A stretch of 64,000 nucleotides of DNA from positions 554,153 through 618,152 of the forward strand of contig ML996697.1 in assembly GCA_010356995.1 (NCBI GenBank). Reading direction: 5' to 3'. This stretch comes from Trichodelitschia bisporula (taxonomy: Eukaryota). Under the pieces are notes generated by a model that did not search any database, had not been told where the DNA came from, and saw only the letters and a list, made by a program, of their open reading frames with translations. Positions 1 through 12,750 of the stretch are shown in pieces. Every line of letters begins with the position of its first letter. The first letter of the stretch is position 1. A program made the translations under genes and the position numbers.

Positions 1-691
1 GTATGCTATTCATCGCCTGGCTATTGGAAGGATGAAGGACGAGGGATGAGGGACTGGGTCATGGTATTGGGGTCAGCTTGTCCCTTTCGATGGCGATCCC
101 CGCGCTTTCCCGACCCAAATTGGCAGTTCGTTTTCGTCGGCCGGGATGCGAAACCCAGACCCTTTCCCCTGGGTGTTGATTTGTTGGAGAAACGCGCAGC
201 GCGCGGCTGCGGGGTGTACTCCCGTGCTGGACGAGGGCCAAACAGCCGCGCAGGTCCTCCCCATCGTTTGGTACTGTGCCATGCTCGGCCTCCACAGCCG
301 CGGGTGGTACCCGCATGCCGTACCACGAGTGCAACGTGCCGACTCCATAGCCGGTGCAATATGTCCACGGCCAACGCCATTCGCCTTCCCACTTGATCTT
401 CTGTGATTCTGCGCCACCGCAAATACAACTCATCCAATGAACGACCCGCAGAAAGCGTTACGCATCCGCCCCCAGCCAAGCGGGTAGGCGCCGCAAACGC
501 CCAAGGAGGCGGTACGGGCCCGCCCCGTCTTCCCCCAAGCCTGCCGGGAGGCGGAGCCTATCACCATCTCTCCGAGCCTATCTTTGCTTCCTAGTTCTCA
601 CCCCCCAACGTCTTGTCTTCTTTTGCATTCTTTCTCTCCTTTATTTCCCTTCTCCTTCCAACATCCAAATCTTTTCGTCGTTAATGCCATC

Positions 692-2450
692 ATGAAGTCC
701 TGGCCTGCCGGCCCACGGCGCACCTTCCTCCTCCTCGCGGCCTGCGCCATCCCCCTCTTCCTGATCGTCGCTACCACATCCAAGCTCTTTGGCCGCCCCT
801 CCTCCTACTTTCCCGTCGCTCTCTACACCAAATCTTCACCGACCCAGGCTCCCATCGCCGAAGCCACAGAGTTCCATATCCTGCCTTGGAGTCCACCCGT
901 GAACGATGCGTCGCCCACGGCCTTGCCCTTCAACCCTCACCTCCCCCACGGCGGGCAAAATGACGCACCGGAGCCCGAACAGTGGACCTTCGACGCCGCC
1001 CGCGACGCCCGCGATTTCGGCCTCTCGGACGAGCAATGCGACGCCGCCTTCCCGGATTTCTACGAGGAGATCGACCGCGCCGTCGAGCTGCACCGGAGCC
1101 TAGGAAACATTACTATCGACGATCTGGACATGAGTTGGCGCAGGGATGAGATGCTACGTGCCATGATCTTCGACCGCCAGGTAACCCCTCATCCAACGCC
1201 CCACCTCTTTTGCCCAAGCTAACCCGTGCCAGCTCTACATCATCGACGCCAAATGGTCCCGCCACGGCTTCGACCTCCCCCGCGCCATCGCCCTCCTCCA
1301 GTCCATGTACCGCGCTATAATTGCCTACCCAGGCCCGCTGCCCAACATCGAATTCACCATCTGCCTGGGTGATGTAGCCGTCTTCGCGCCCCCGCCTTCC
1401 AACGCGCCCCGCCAGACTTCCAAGCACCCGACGTGGGTGCTGACGCGCCGCGCCGACGGCAGCGACGCTCAGAACTGGGTTATTCCCGACTTCGGATACT
1501 GGTCGTGGCCGCTGGATGTCGTGGGCGAGTATAGCCAGGTGCGGCGCGAGATCTCGTATGTCGAGGAGATGATCGGTGGGTGGGCGGGAAAGGTGCCGAA
1601 GGCAGTGTGGCGCGGGGCGGCTATTACGAATCCGCTGCGGAAGGAGCTGCTGCGGGTGGCGGAGGGGAAGGAATGGAGCGATGTGCGCGAGGTGACGTGG
1701 GATAGCATGACGGATATCAGCGAAGGGACGCGCAGGCAGAGTCTGACGATGCCGGAACATTGTCAGTATGAGTTTGTCGTACACACCGAAGGTGAGTTCT
1801 GCGTTCGCTATTGCCTGTCATGGGAAGACTTAACCTGGACAGGTCACTCCTACTCCGGCCGCGGCAAGTACCTGCTCAACTGCCACTCGGTATCCATCAT
1901 CCACGACCCAGAGTGGATCGAGCCGCATACGCATCTGCTCGTCCCCGAGGGCACGGACCAAAACTTCCTGCCCGTGGACCCCAACTTTACGAACCTGGAC
2001 AACTCGATCCGGTCGCTGCTGGCGCATCCCCACGACGCACAACGCATTGCCGACAACGCCGTCGCCACGTTCCGGGACCGCTACCTCACGCCTGCCGCGC
2101 AGGCGTGCTACTGGCGTCGTCTGTTCTGGGGCTGGAGTCAGGTTCAGGATTTCGTGCCGGAGTTTTATCGCACGGTGAAGGATCGGGAGACGGGCCGCGT
2201 GAGGCGCAAGGGGAGGGGCGAGCCGTTCGAGTCTTGGATTTCAAGAGGGTTGAGGCCGAAGGTGGAGCTGCCGGAGGAAAAACCGGCGGATAAGCCAGCA
2301 GACAAGGCGGAGGAGAAGCCGGTGGACAAGGCGGATGAGAAACCGGTGGAGAATGCCGAAGAGAAGACAGCAGAAAATCCTGAAGAGAAGGTGGCTGATA
2401 AGCCGGCCGAAGAACCAAAAACTCCCAAGGGCGAAAAAGAAGGGCGGTAG
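692..2450 (+). CDS. Glycosyltransferase family 90 (CAP10/KDELC-like) type II membrane protein; 3 exons
   Basis: N-terminal hydrophobic anchor. Introns 1181-1232 and 1792-1842. Motifs IPDFGYWSW, KAVWRG, EHCQYEFVVHTEG-HSYSGRGKYLLNC, QRIADNAVATFRDRYLTPAAQACYWR. Confidence 0.88.
2272..2420 (+). repeat. Coding minisatellite, ~24-bp (8-aa) EEKPADKA-like repeats in the GT90 C-terminal tail
   Basis: Translation EEKPADKPADKAEEKPVDKADEKPVENAEEKTAENPEEKVADKPAEEPK. Confidence 0.7.
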
Positions 2451-2919
2451 GCCTGAGATCCATCTCTCGCTTGTTGACATTATTTCACGGCCATGGTGGA
2501 GGGTTCTTTGGATGTTGCTCCTGCTTCCGAAGGAAGCGAGTTCTGGTTTATGCGTACCGGCAATGGTTTCTTAGATACCCGCGGTGTTGAATACTGGACT
2601 CTTGCGTTGGGAATCCAAGGCGTTTCAGTCGTTTATCTGGATGGAATGGGATCGGGGTCGAATTTGCATGGCATGTAGAATAGGGGCTGTATGGTATCAA
2701 GTGAACATAGACATAGGAAAAGCATTGATTCAATGGCTTCAAAGGTGGTTGATTACGTCTGTCTCTCGTCGCTTCTCCATATTTCGGCGGAGTCCCCATT
2801 GGGTTGCGTCATCATGACCGTGGGGTGCATCGCGCCTCGCTCTACCACAGCAGTCGTCTAACGCAGCAAACGCCTTAACCCAAGTTTTATCCTCACACAC
2901 ACACATGAACACTTGCACC

Positions 2920-4507
2920 TCACCAACTCACTCCTGGCAATCCCGCCAGAGTATCCCCGATCTGTTGAAGCTTTTCCTCCACGTCCTTCTTTTTTGCCCG
3001 TCTAGCCAACCACGGATTGCGCTTCCTCTTTTGATATGAAGTAGCGCGCATCATGCCCTCGAGCCGCTTGTTCCAGAACTTGTTGGCTGGGTCTTCCTTG
3101 ATGACCCCCTCCTCGACGAGGAACTCGTACAACTCGCCATTTTTGTAGGCTTCGTGCAGCCAGATCGGATCGCCCGCCACCTTTCCCGGCTGGTCATATA
3201 AACCCAGCGCGAGGTACTGGCGGTACGCGTCTGCGAGGTACCAGTCACACCGCGGATCATCACCCGGGCTCGGGAAGCCGTAAGCTCTCTCAGCGCCCAC
3301 ACAAAGGAGGGCAAAGTTGACGTCACTCGGCTAGTCGGTGAGGGTGCGAATGAGATGCCACACCGAAAAGTGGGAGATGAGATTGAACTTCTTACGCGCG
3401 GGTGCGAGATAGGCGAGCAAGTAAGGAATGCGTGAGGTTTCTTCCAGTAATCCGTGCTGGTGGAAGAGCATGCCGAGCATTCCCACATAGTGGGCCTTAC
3501 AGAACTCAGCGAACGTGCAACGCTTGATGAGCTTCAGGTAGAGCTTGCCGAGGTTTTCGGCTCGAGGCTCAGCGTACTCTCGCGTCAGAATGAAGCCGAG
3601 CGTCTGCCATGTGGGTGACAGCGAGCTTGGGGTGACGTGGTACGCCAACATCGCGTAAAAGAGGAGACAAGCGTGATCGTCTCAGGTCATCCCGCCCAAC
3701 TCATCCTGGAGCGTCTCGTAGCTGGTGAGGTCGACTTCCGGTTTGGCCATGCTGAACCCGGCATACACGATGTGCCGAGAGCTACCATCTGGAGAATCTT
3801 GCTGCACAACGCGCCAGTTCAGCTGAAACCATGGCCATATGCTAATTTTCTCGATGCCAGGAATCTTGGGGATTTCGTAGACGAGGCTGCGCTTTGACAA
3901 GACCTTCATCTTTTCAATGAAAGCGTCGCGTCCAAGCAAGTCGTAGATTTCCCGATAGAAGCGCACTAAGAATTCAATGTTGGCATCTTGTTATTGAGCG
4001 CGGTGAAAGCCAAAGTCAACGCGCGTCCAGACGTCCATGGGTGCTTCGTTCTTCTCAATCGCCTTGGCGAGAACCATTTCCCTACAGTGGTAGCTGTGCT
4101 CTTATTCGACGAAGTTGTCCACGCCCCAGACAGGCTCAGAGCTCACCGGCTTGAGGAATTTGGGATCGTACCCAGCCGGGGCTTTATAAAATTTACAGTA
4201 ATACTGGTGCTCCAGGATCCAGAGGGTCTCCGCGCACCGCCGACTAGAGTATTGCGTGTCATTGCAACGCTTACAAGTGAGTTTCGCGACATCGTCACAC
4301 ATCTCGCATGGAGCAGGAACTTTGTCAGCATATTTGCGGGTGCTTTAAGCCATTAGCAAAACTGTTGGATTATCAGGATGCCAGATAGCAAGAATGCCGA
4401 TCGGGCGGACGGGAAATGATACAACATTACGGCAGCTTAAAGGCTGATCTATGAGAAAGGGAGAGTACTTACGCGTAAGGCTTCTCACCGCTGGCCTTCG
4501 GCGCCAT
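2920..4507 (-). pseudogene. MYND-type zinc finger protein gene with four in-frame stop codons
   Basis: ATG at 4507 and an intron at 4343-4472 (GTAAGT...CTAAT...AAG). One reading frame then runs to 2920. It contains CEMC..CKRC..YSSRRC..H..C. Stops are TAA 4102-4104, TAA 3991-3993, TGA 3682-3684 and TAG 3331-3333. Confidence 0.75.
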
Positions 4508-5437
4508 GGCTCTTGCCGTCTTTCAAGTTTCACGCGTCGCGCTGAGGATGTTGGGCTGATGATGCGGGGAAGCTGGCGATAGAATAACGGAATGTGAAAA
4601 ACAGAAAGATGCCGCTGAACGGAAGCTCGCCGGATTCTGAAGCCTGCACCGAGAATGAATGGGAGCGTTTGCTCGGGGACTTTGGAGTTGACAGTCTTGC
4701 GTTTACACTTTACATGGGAAGTAGGAAGAGGAATGAAGGCAAGGGGTACAGTGCCAGGTTGACGGAGGTCTTTCGGTGGATAACGAAACGATTGTGAGTA
4801 AATCAAGCACCCCCCACCACTAGCTAGCCAATCAAGCCAACGCTTTTCTTACCGCCACGAATCCCTCCCCATGATTCCGACAAGAAATGCGGAAGGCAAG
4901 TTATTATCAATCTACTGAGAAGAGCTGAAAGCATACCATCTACTTAAAGTAGCTATCATTCCAAGTCCAACGACTCTACCAGATATCATCACATCACTAG
5001 CGTTGCTTGATCTTCCGCGGCTCTTGTCTGGCGTACGAGGTCCTCTTGCATTATCGAATCTAGAACTACTCTATTGAGCCACATTGCGGCATGTTTTTTT
5101 GGCTCCAGCCGACTTGGTGCAGTCAGATTCGAAAATAAGGTGTACCTTCTTCAAACGTCTTTAGTGGCGTCAAGCTAAGTGATAACCTATAGCACAAAGC
5201 GAGAGTTGAGGCTTAGAGACCGATCTTTCGGGGAAGTCATAAGAAGGCCGAGGATTCCCCTCTCATATCTTTCGTTTCTCGAAATGTGTTCTATGCGCGA
5301 CACTTCGCTGGGTATCTACCTCCCCTCTAAGCAACCACAAACACCTGACGGCAAAGCTAACTCACATTCCCCGTCACTCCCTGACACAGAGTAAGCTTTC
5401 ACGAAGGGACATGCAAAGGAAGGCACGTACATACAGC

Positions 5438-6034
5438 CTAAGAATTTCCTGTCTGTTCCGCAGTTCCGTTCTCCAAGGCCTTCAAAAAGCCTTTGCTGAA
5501 CCTCACCATCTGTTCGTATGCAACATCGAAGCCATCATTGCCTCCATAATAGGGGTCAATCACCACTTCCCCCGGTGAACCTCCCCAGTCGCCGAACAGC
5601 ATGAGACGAGCAAGCTTGGCCTCTTTGCCGTCCTTGCGCTTCCTCCGTAATGCCTTCTCGCGCATACTCTCCAGTTCTTCCAGGTTGTCACGATCCATCG
5701 CAAATATCCAGTCGAACTCCTCGAAATCTGGAATCACAGCTTGTCGGGCAGAGTGGCTATATTGTACGCCGTGTGTTTGTAGAGTACGCATTGTTCTGGG
5801 GTCTGGGGACGAGCCTGCATGCCATGCGCCAGTTCCGGCAGAGTCAACCTCGCCGACAAGGGGATGAGAGGGGGTGAGGTGGCGGAAGACGGCTTCAGCC
5901 ATAGGAGAGCGGCCTTAAATGTCAGCTATGAAGCGGAGACGAAGACGGAGGGAAGCTTGTTACGTACAAATGTTTCCCAGGCATACGAACAGAACAGACT
6001 GCGGCTTCGACGACGCCGCACTGGTTTCTGACAT
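5438..6034 (-). CDS. LTP1: Low-molecular-weight phosphotyrosine protein phosphatase
   Basis: Removing intron 5914-5967 restores the P-loop VCLGNICRSPMAE. Also DSAGT and DPYYG motifs. Confidence 0.93.
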
Positions 6035-6578
6035 GGTGACGGTGCTTGCAGTTAGAGAGTGGTATAGAAATATATGCCCACAGCCCGGTATATCGTCTGA
6101 TGGCCCTGTTGTTTTCTACCGTAGTATGCTCCGCATCTCTCTACGGAGGTAGTGTATCGCGAGCTACGCAAGTGGTTGCGAAAGTGCGGGGGATCTCTGA
6201 GCCAAGCTTGGGCCACCGCGATCCCGTCTGCCCGTCGCGCCACTCCCGGCGTTCAACCCTGACCAAACAGCGTCATACTGGCGCCCCCTCCAAGAGCTGC
6301 CCTCATTCACTCCATCTCGCCACAACCTCAGACGGTACCTTTCTCTTTAATTCCAAGAGACCAAGCCGCACTGTTACTGTACCACTTGCACGATATGTAG
6401 TCTGCCCAAATATGCGCTCTGCATTCTTCTACTCACGCCCCTATTGAATTTCACTTCAAACATCTGCATCCACAAATCGGTCTTGCCATTCGTCGTCCTT
6501 TGTTCTGATTGAACTACTACATATACACTGTCCCCAACCGCCGTCGCCGGTTTACCCGGAACTATTTCCACCACAAAC

Positions 6579-9500
6579 ATGACGATCACGCTGCAGGACC
6601 GCCTGCTGCGCCGGGAGCTTGGTGAACCTGCGCGATACTCCCGGATCAAGGGCATCTACGGAGACAAGCAGTTCATAAAAGATCTAGACATCGTGAACGA
6701 ACTCGGCGGACACGATGGCTGTGTGAACGCCCTATGGTATGCTACTACTTAAGCCGTCAGTTAGCGCGATCTTGCTAAGCATTCGCAGTTGGTCTCGTAC
6801 GGGAAGTCTTCTTGCATCGGGATCGGACGATACGCGTGTGAACATCTACTCCTACCTTCCCGAAAACGCCGATGATCAATTTCGCCTTGCCACCGTTATT
6901 GACACGGGACATTCAGGGAACATCTTCTCTGTCAAGTTCATGCCGTACTCCGGCGACCGTACCATCGTGACAGCCTCGCGCGATTCTCAAATTCGAGTCT
7001 TTGACATTGAGCGGGCCCCTGTCTTTGAAGGGTCGCAAACGCGGATAACATCCGGACCATCCAACACCAAGGTGTACAGATCGCACAACCGCGCGGCCAA
7101 ACGCATTGTCACCGAGGCCTCTCCGTTTTACTTTCTCAGCTGCTCTGAAGACGGCGAAGTTCGACAGTGGGATATTCGCCAGCCCGAGTCGGCGTATCCC
7201 CAATCCTCTTCGAGCTACCTTTATCGACAGCCGGGCCACAGGGACGCGGCACCTCCACCACTCATATCTTACAAAGACTACCACATTGATTTGTACACCA
7301 TCTCTTGCTCTGCCAGTCAGCCCCACTACATTGCCCTTGGCGGGACCCACCTACACTGCTTCCTGCACGACAGGCGGATGCTTGGCCGCGATAAGCTGCA
7401 TGAACGCGGCGGACTGCTACCGGCCGGTGCAGTATCTGATGATAAAACGCTTGGTGCTGCGACTCGCTGCGTACGCAAGCTTGCTCCCCACGGACAGTCG
7501 AAAATGGGACGCATGCAGGCGCAGCAAATCACGGCCTGTAAAATTAGCGACGCCAACCCCAACGAACTCATCGTGAGTTGGTCGGGCGACTTCATCTACA
7601 ACTTTGACATCATCCGAGAAGGAGAGCCTAAGGAGGTTCCGAAGCCGGCAACTAGAAACGGTCGTGTGAAGAAGCAGGTGGACCTCAAGCGGAAGAAAAC
7701 AGGACGTTCTCGTGACGTATCCCGAGAAGGCGATGCGAGGGCTGATTCTCGGCAGCGAACCGAGGGCACAGAGTTATGGTCTGTTGAACTTCGGACAAAT
7801 GACGGCAGGAGGTATGAAATACCTGGCGTGCGTGTTACTGCTCCGGCTTCGAGTGGGTCTCTCGGACCCCCACCCCCTGATAGTCCCCCCGACAATAGGA
7901 TTCTTGGGGCAGTCCAGGAGCTGCTCGATACAATCTTCGAATCTTCAGCGACTACCAGGGGTCACTATCGCAATCAGCTGACACACGTCCTCATTCTGGC
8001 CGGGAAGGCTTTCGAAGAGGTGGATCCTTCCGTCGTCAATTGGGTTTATCCCCTTACCGAGTCCACGAGCGAGATTGCTTTTCAGCAGAAGCAACGTCAT
8101 GATCGTTCCAAGGTATGGCGATTTGTTCAGGCCTGTGGGGTCATAGCTAGGGCAGGTTCGGCGAGGATCACTGCAAGAGTTCCGGAGAGATCACTTGAAT
8201 ATTTCGACATCATTCGCCCTGCGCCTCGAGAGTCCAGCCTGCCGCTCGATCGTCACGAGCATTTTACGTACGATTTTATCAAGGCCATTCTCCTGTGGGT
8301 GGACAGCGGCGCCGGGGCCGTTCTTCGAGAGTTCACTCTGGGCGATACTGCCGAAATGTCCTATTCGCGGCGGCGCCCTATTTCGACGGATGCTGGCATT
8401 GATGCCATTGACACGGAACTAATTCCGTACCTCCTCAACTTGGCTCGAGATCACGAGGTTGTCAAAAACCCGCATCACGACATGGGAGAGGAGCGCCAGG
8501 TTCTTTTCAGAACCGAGAAGGATGCTGTTAGAGCATTCGCAGCGGTGCTGAAGGTCCCGTTTACTGACCTGACTGGCGATGAAGCCGATGAAGCCGGCGG
8601 CGAAGTGACCAGAAGCCAAGAACGGGAAACAGTGAGGAAGTTCTGGGTTTATGACGTATGCCGCGCGATCCTCCATAACGCCGCACTGGATATTCACAGG
8701 TCCATGATCGATATTGCATTTGGAGACCACCGCAGGGTGACGCAACCTGAATCTCCCCCAGTCCCTGATGCACCAGGTTAGCTCATCTTGAATTCGCATA
8801 CGCAAACACGTGCTAATAGCTCAAGGCTCATACGAAGGCGCCGATCACGCCCATGACACCGAAGATGAAGAGGAAGACGATGATGATGCGGACTATGGCA
8901 GTGATGATGATGACTACACGGATATCTACGATGGCATGGCTAGCTTTTTTAACGAGCGCCCGAGAGTGAAGTCAAAGACAGCAGCTGAGAAGAATGTACC
9001 GTGTACTACTCACACGCGTACGTACCGGGGGCATTGCAACATTGAAACCACCAAAGATGTCAATTTCTTCGGCCTCCAGGATGAGTACGTTGTCAGCGGC
9101 AGCGATTGCGGAAATTTCTTCATCTGGGACCGCAAGACGAGCCGCCTCCTGAACATTCTCGAGGGCGATCAGGAGGTAGTGAATGTTGTGCAAGGTATGC
9201 TTCCGGCACTTGCTCGACGCCGTAAACTAACTCCCTACAGGCCACCCGTACGAGCCCATGCTGGCTGTATCCGGCATTGACCACACCATCAAGATATTCT
9301 CGCCTGACGCGCGCGATCGCCAAAACGCCGCGCTTGGCAAGGGCATGACCCACTTTGACTACAGCACCTTCTCTAGCATCTCTAGCATCGACCTGCGCGG
9401 CACACGTTTGTACCACCGATCGCCGAGGCACGTGGAGCGCGGGTGGTCTGAGTACGGTGAGGCCAGCATGTCGGCCGACGATGAGTCGGACAGCGATGAC

Positions 9501-9746
9501 CCGACCGTGGTGACTTCGTCGAACGGCCTGGCTAGCCGCAAACGGCTGCAGGATGAGTACGCGATTATCAGTGAGAATGACATGGAGCGGCGGAGCAGAG
9601 CGCGTGAGGGTCATGATGCGAACCATATCACGCGGGGCATGCTCGCTCTTCTGGCGAGTAGGTTCCGTGCTCAGATGAGTGATATGGGGATGGAAATTGG
9701 GGAGGATGGCGAGGAGCCGCCGGAGGACCACTGTGCTCTTATGTAA
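6579..9746 (+). CDS. WD40-repeat protein (DCAF6/DCAF8, S. pombe Iqw1-like); 4 exons
   Basis: Introns 6737-6788, 8777-8819, 9195-9240. Motifs GHDGCVNAL, LASGSDD, GHSGNIFSVKF, YRGHCNIETTKDVNFFG, VVSGSDCG, LAVSGIDHTIKIF. Confidence 0.85.
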
Positions 9747-10242
9747 GGGGTTCATGGGTGCTCTTTTGCTGGGAGCTATGAACCGATGTTGAAGTTGCAT
9801 GATATTTGGGGTTGGTGTTTATGGCCTATGGGATATGGGTTTGCACTGGGAATGGTTATCTGTACATTATGAATGTCACCCGAGGTATCATGTCTCGAGG
9901 TAGGCGGAGACCGTAACGATGGGTGAAGGGCCTAGTTTATGATGAAATCTGATATACCGCACTTTGGTGTCAAAAGGTCCTCAAAGGCCACTTGACGATG
10001 GATTTCTGCAAACCAATCACGTTCCCATCACAGCAGCACGGAGTTCAAGCATTGAAGATGTCAATAGAGTTCTTTTCCCTTCCTACGGCCGAGACTTCTA
10101 AAATACACCATGCAAATATCAAGCACGCTTCATTTCAAAGTCGCATTACCGTTTACCGTGTATTCATGACGACATTGAAAACCAACGCCATTCACGCCGT
10201 GACCCCGAAGCAGAGAACAGCCTAGGAAAAGGTGTCGACCAT

Positions 10243-12351
10243 TTAGTCGACCTCCTCCATGGCGCTCTCGCCGGCCTCGGCCACGGGAGCCGCATCAGCG
10301 GCCTGCTCGTCGGAAGTCTCGACGTCCTCGTCGATGTTCAGACCAAGCGAAACCAGCTTGTGGATACGCTCGGCGAACTGCACGGGCTCGTCGATGGTGA
10401 AGCCGGACACAAGCAGAGACGTCTCGTACAGGAGCTGCGTGATGGACTTGACAGTCTTGTTCTCCTCGCCGTCCTCCTCGACCTTCTTCTTGAGCTCCTT
10501 GATGATGGGGCTCCGAGGAGAGATCTCGAAGGTCTTCTTCGAGGACATGTAGCTGCTCATGGAGGTGTCGCGAAGAGCCTGGGCCTTCATGATGCGCTCC
10601 ATATTGGCGGACCAACCGAACTGGCCAGTGCGGATGGCGCAAGGCGAGCCGATCAGCTTGTAGGACACAACAACCTTCTCAACCTTGTCGCCGAGGACGT
10701 TCTTGAGCGCCTTGGCCAGACCCTCGTACTCCTTCTCCTCCTCTTCGCGCTTCTTCTTCTCCTCATCGGTCTCCTCGAGATCAAAGTCCTTGGTGATGTC
10801 AACCAGCTTCTTGCCCTCGAACTCCTTCAACTGAGTGAAGGCGTACTCGTCAATCGGGTCCACAAGGAAGAGAACTTCGAAGTTCTTCTCCTTGAGGGAA
10901 TCAAGGAAAGGCGACTTCTGCACGGCCTTGAGGGACTCGCCCGTGATGTAGTACATGTTCTTCTGGTGCTCGGGCATCCGCGTGATGTAGTCCGTGAGCG
11001 AAGTCAGCTCGTCGCCGGACTTGGTGGAGTTGAAGCGCAGGAGCTTGGCAAGGGCCGGGCGGTTCTGGGCATCCTCGTGGACACCGAGCTTAATGTTTTT
11101 GCTGAAGGCAGTGTAGAACTTGTCGAACTGCTCACGGTCCTCGGCGATCTCATTGAAGAGTTCCAGGGTCTTCTTGACGAGGTTCTTGCGGATGACCTTC
11201 ATGATCTTGTTCTGCTGCAGAGTCTCGCGAGACAGGTTGAGAGGCAGATCCTCGGAGTCGACAACACCCTTGACGAAGCTGAGCCACTCGGGGATGAGAT
11301 CGGTGGCATCGTCGGTGATGAAGACGCGGCGCACGTAGAGCTTGATGTTGTTCTTGGTCTTCTTAGTCTCGAAGAGGTCAAAGGGGGCGCGCTTCGGAAC
11401 GAAGAGAATGGCACGGAACTCAAGTTGACCCTCGACGGAGAAGTGCTTGACAGCCAGGTGGTCCTCCCAGTCGTTGGAAAGCGACTTGTAGAAGGAAGCG
11501 TATTCCTCCTGGGTGATGTCCTGGGGATTCCGAGTCCAGATGGGCTTGGTCTTGTTGAGCTCCTCCTCCTCGATCTTGGACTCCTTGACCTTCTTGGTCT
11601 TCTTGGCCTTTTTCTCCTCTTCCTCATCATCGACCTCCTCGACCTTTGGCTTCTTCTCCTCGTCTTCCTCCTTCACTTCCTCCTCATCCTCATCAGGCAC
11701 CTCGGTCTCGGTCTCCTTGACCACGTGCAGGTAGATGGGGTAGGAGATGAACTCAGAGTGCTTCTTGATGACCTCCTTGATGCGGCTCTCATTCAGATAG
11801 TCCATCTGCTCCTCCTTCAGGTGAAGGATGATCTTGGTGCCGCGACCGAGCTGCTCGCCCTCGGTATCCTGGGCAACGGTGAAGGTACCACCGGCGCTCG
11901 ACTCCCAGATGTACTGCTCGTCATCGTTGTTCTTGGAAATGACGGTAACGCGGTCGGCGACGAGGTACGCCGAGTAGAAACCGACACCGAATTGACCGAT
12001 CATGGACACATCAGCACCAGCGGAGAGAGCCTCCATGAACTGCTTGGTGCCAGAACGGGCAATGGTACCCAGGTTGTTGACAAGATCGGCCTTTGTCATA
12101 CCGATACCAGTGTCGCGGAGGGTCAGCGTCTTGGCCTCCTTGTCCGGGATGATATCGACGCGGAGGTCCTTGCAGGTGTCCAGCACGCTGGGATCCGCAA
12201 GGGACTGATAACGGATTTTGTCAAGCGCATCGGAGGCATTGGATACGAGTTCTCTCAGGAAGATCTCCTTGTTGGAGTAGACGGTGTTGATGATCAGCGA
12301 GAGCAGCTGAGAGATCTCAGCCTGGAACTCGAAGGATTCTCCGGCAGGCAT
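10243..12351 (-). CDS. HSP90: Cytosolic heat shock protein 90
   Basis: The ORF starts [34 protein letters not shown], contains [12 protein letters not shown] and ends MEEVD. Strong codon bias. The true ATG is at 12351, not the longer ORF start. Confidence 0.99.
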   Translation of the reverse strand: MPAGESFEFQAEISQLLSLIINTVYSNKEIFLRELVSNASDALDKIRYQSLADPSVLDTCKDLRVDIIPDKEAKTLTLRDTGIGMTKADLVNNLGTIARSGTKQFMEALSAGADVSMIGQFGVGFYSAYLVADRVTVISKNNDDEQYIWESSAGGTFTVAQDTEGEQLGRGTKIILHLKEEQMDYLNESRIKEVIKKHSEFISYPIYLHVVKETETEVPDEDEEEVKEEDEEKKPKVEEVDDEEEEKKAKKTKKVKESKIEEEELNKTKPIWTRNPQDITQEEYASFYKSLSNDWEDHLAVKHFSVEGQLEFRAILFVPKRAPFDLFETKKTKNNIKLYVRRVFITDDATDLIPEWLSFVKGVVDSEDLPLNLSRETLQQNKIMKVIRKNLVKKTLELFNEIAEDREQFDKFYTAFSKNIKLGVHEDAQNRPALAKLLRFNSTKSGDELTSLTDYITRMPEHQKNMYYITGESLKAVQKSPFLDSLKEKNFEVLFLVDPIDEYAFTQLKEFEGKKLVDITKDFDLEETDEEKKKREEEEKEYEGLAKALKNVLGDKVEKVVVSYKLIGSPCAIRTGQFGWSANMERIMKAQALRDTSMSSYMSSKKTFEISPRSPIIKELKKKVEEDGEENKTVKSITQLLYETSLLVSGFTIDEPVQFAERIHKLVSLGLNIDEDVETSDEQAADAAPVAEAGESAMEEVD

Positions 12352-12378
12352 GGTGACGGTTCGACTTGAGGAGCTGAT

Positions 12379-12519
12379 CTGTACGAGGATACGTAAGTTG
12401 AGGAATAAATGCAGGCGAAGGTGCAGTAATTCAGGAAGGCAAACAAACTGACGGTAAAGCAAGTGCTGGGGAGGTGGGAGGGGGGAAGTTTCGAGGGGAG
12501 AGGAGGCGGGGCAACTTAC
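12379..12519 (-). other. Putative 5'-UTR intron of HSP90
   Basis: GTAAGT donor at 12519, CTTAC branch-like site, CAG acceptor 27 nt before the ATG. Confidence 0.65.
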
Positions 12520-12689
12520 GAAGGTTGAGCTGTGAGAGAAGTGGGTGATGCTTCGAGAGGCAGAGGGGTGAAGCTGCACAAAGAAATGGAGAGCGTGTTG
12601 GAGGAGATTGAGTGGGGGGTTCGAGGACGTGAGGTTGAGTGCAGTATGAAGTTTTGAAGCTGACGAAGAGTTGTTGTGGTGAAGAGGAA

Positions 12690-12750
12690 TTTATATGGAG
12701 ATTTTCCACACGAGGCTCCAGAAGCTTGTAGAAGTTCTCAGAAAGATCGA
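12690..12750 (-). promoter_or_regulatory. HSP90 TATA box plus imperfect heat-shock element
   Basis: ATATAAA on the minus strand at 12690-12696. GAA at 12721, 12731 and 12741 (10-bp period) with imperfect TTC half-sites between them. Confidence 0.65.

Noticed and set aside
10360..12369. 669-aa antisense ORF opposite HSP90
   Set aside because: It is an expected shadow of strong codon bias in a highly expressed gene. The Leu/Val/Gly-rich translation has no recognisable domain.
12352..12579. N-terminal extension of HSP90 in the ORF track
   Set aside because: It starts at a non-ATG codon and spans a probable 5'-UTR intron. The conserved start is at 12351.
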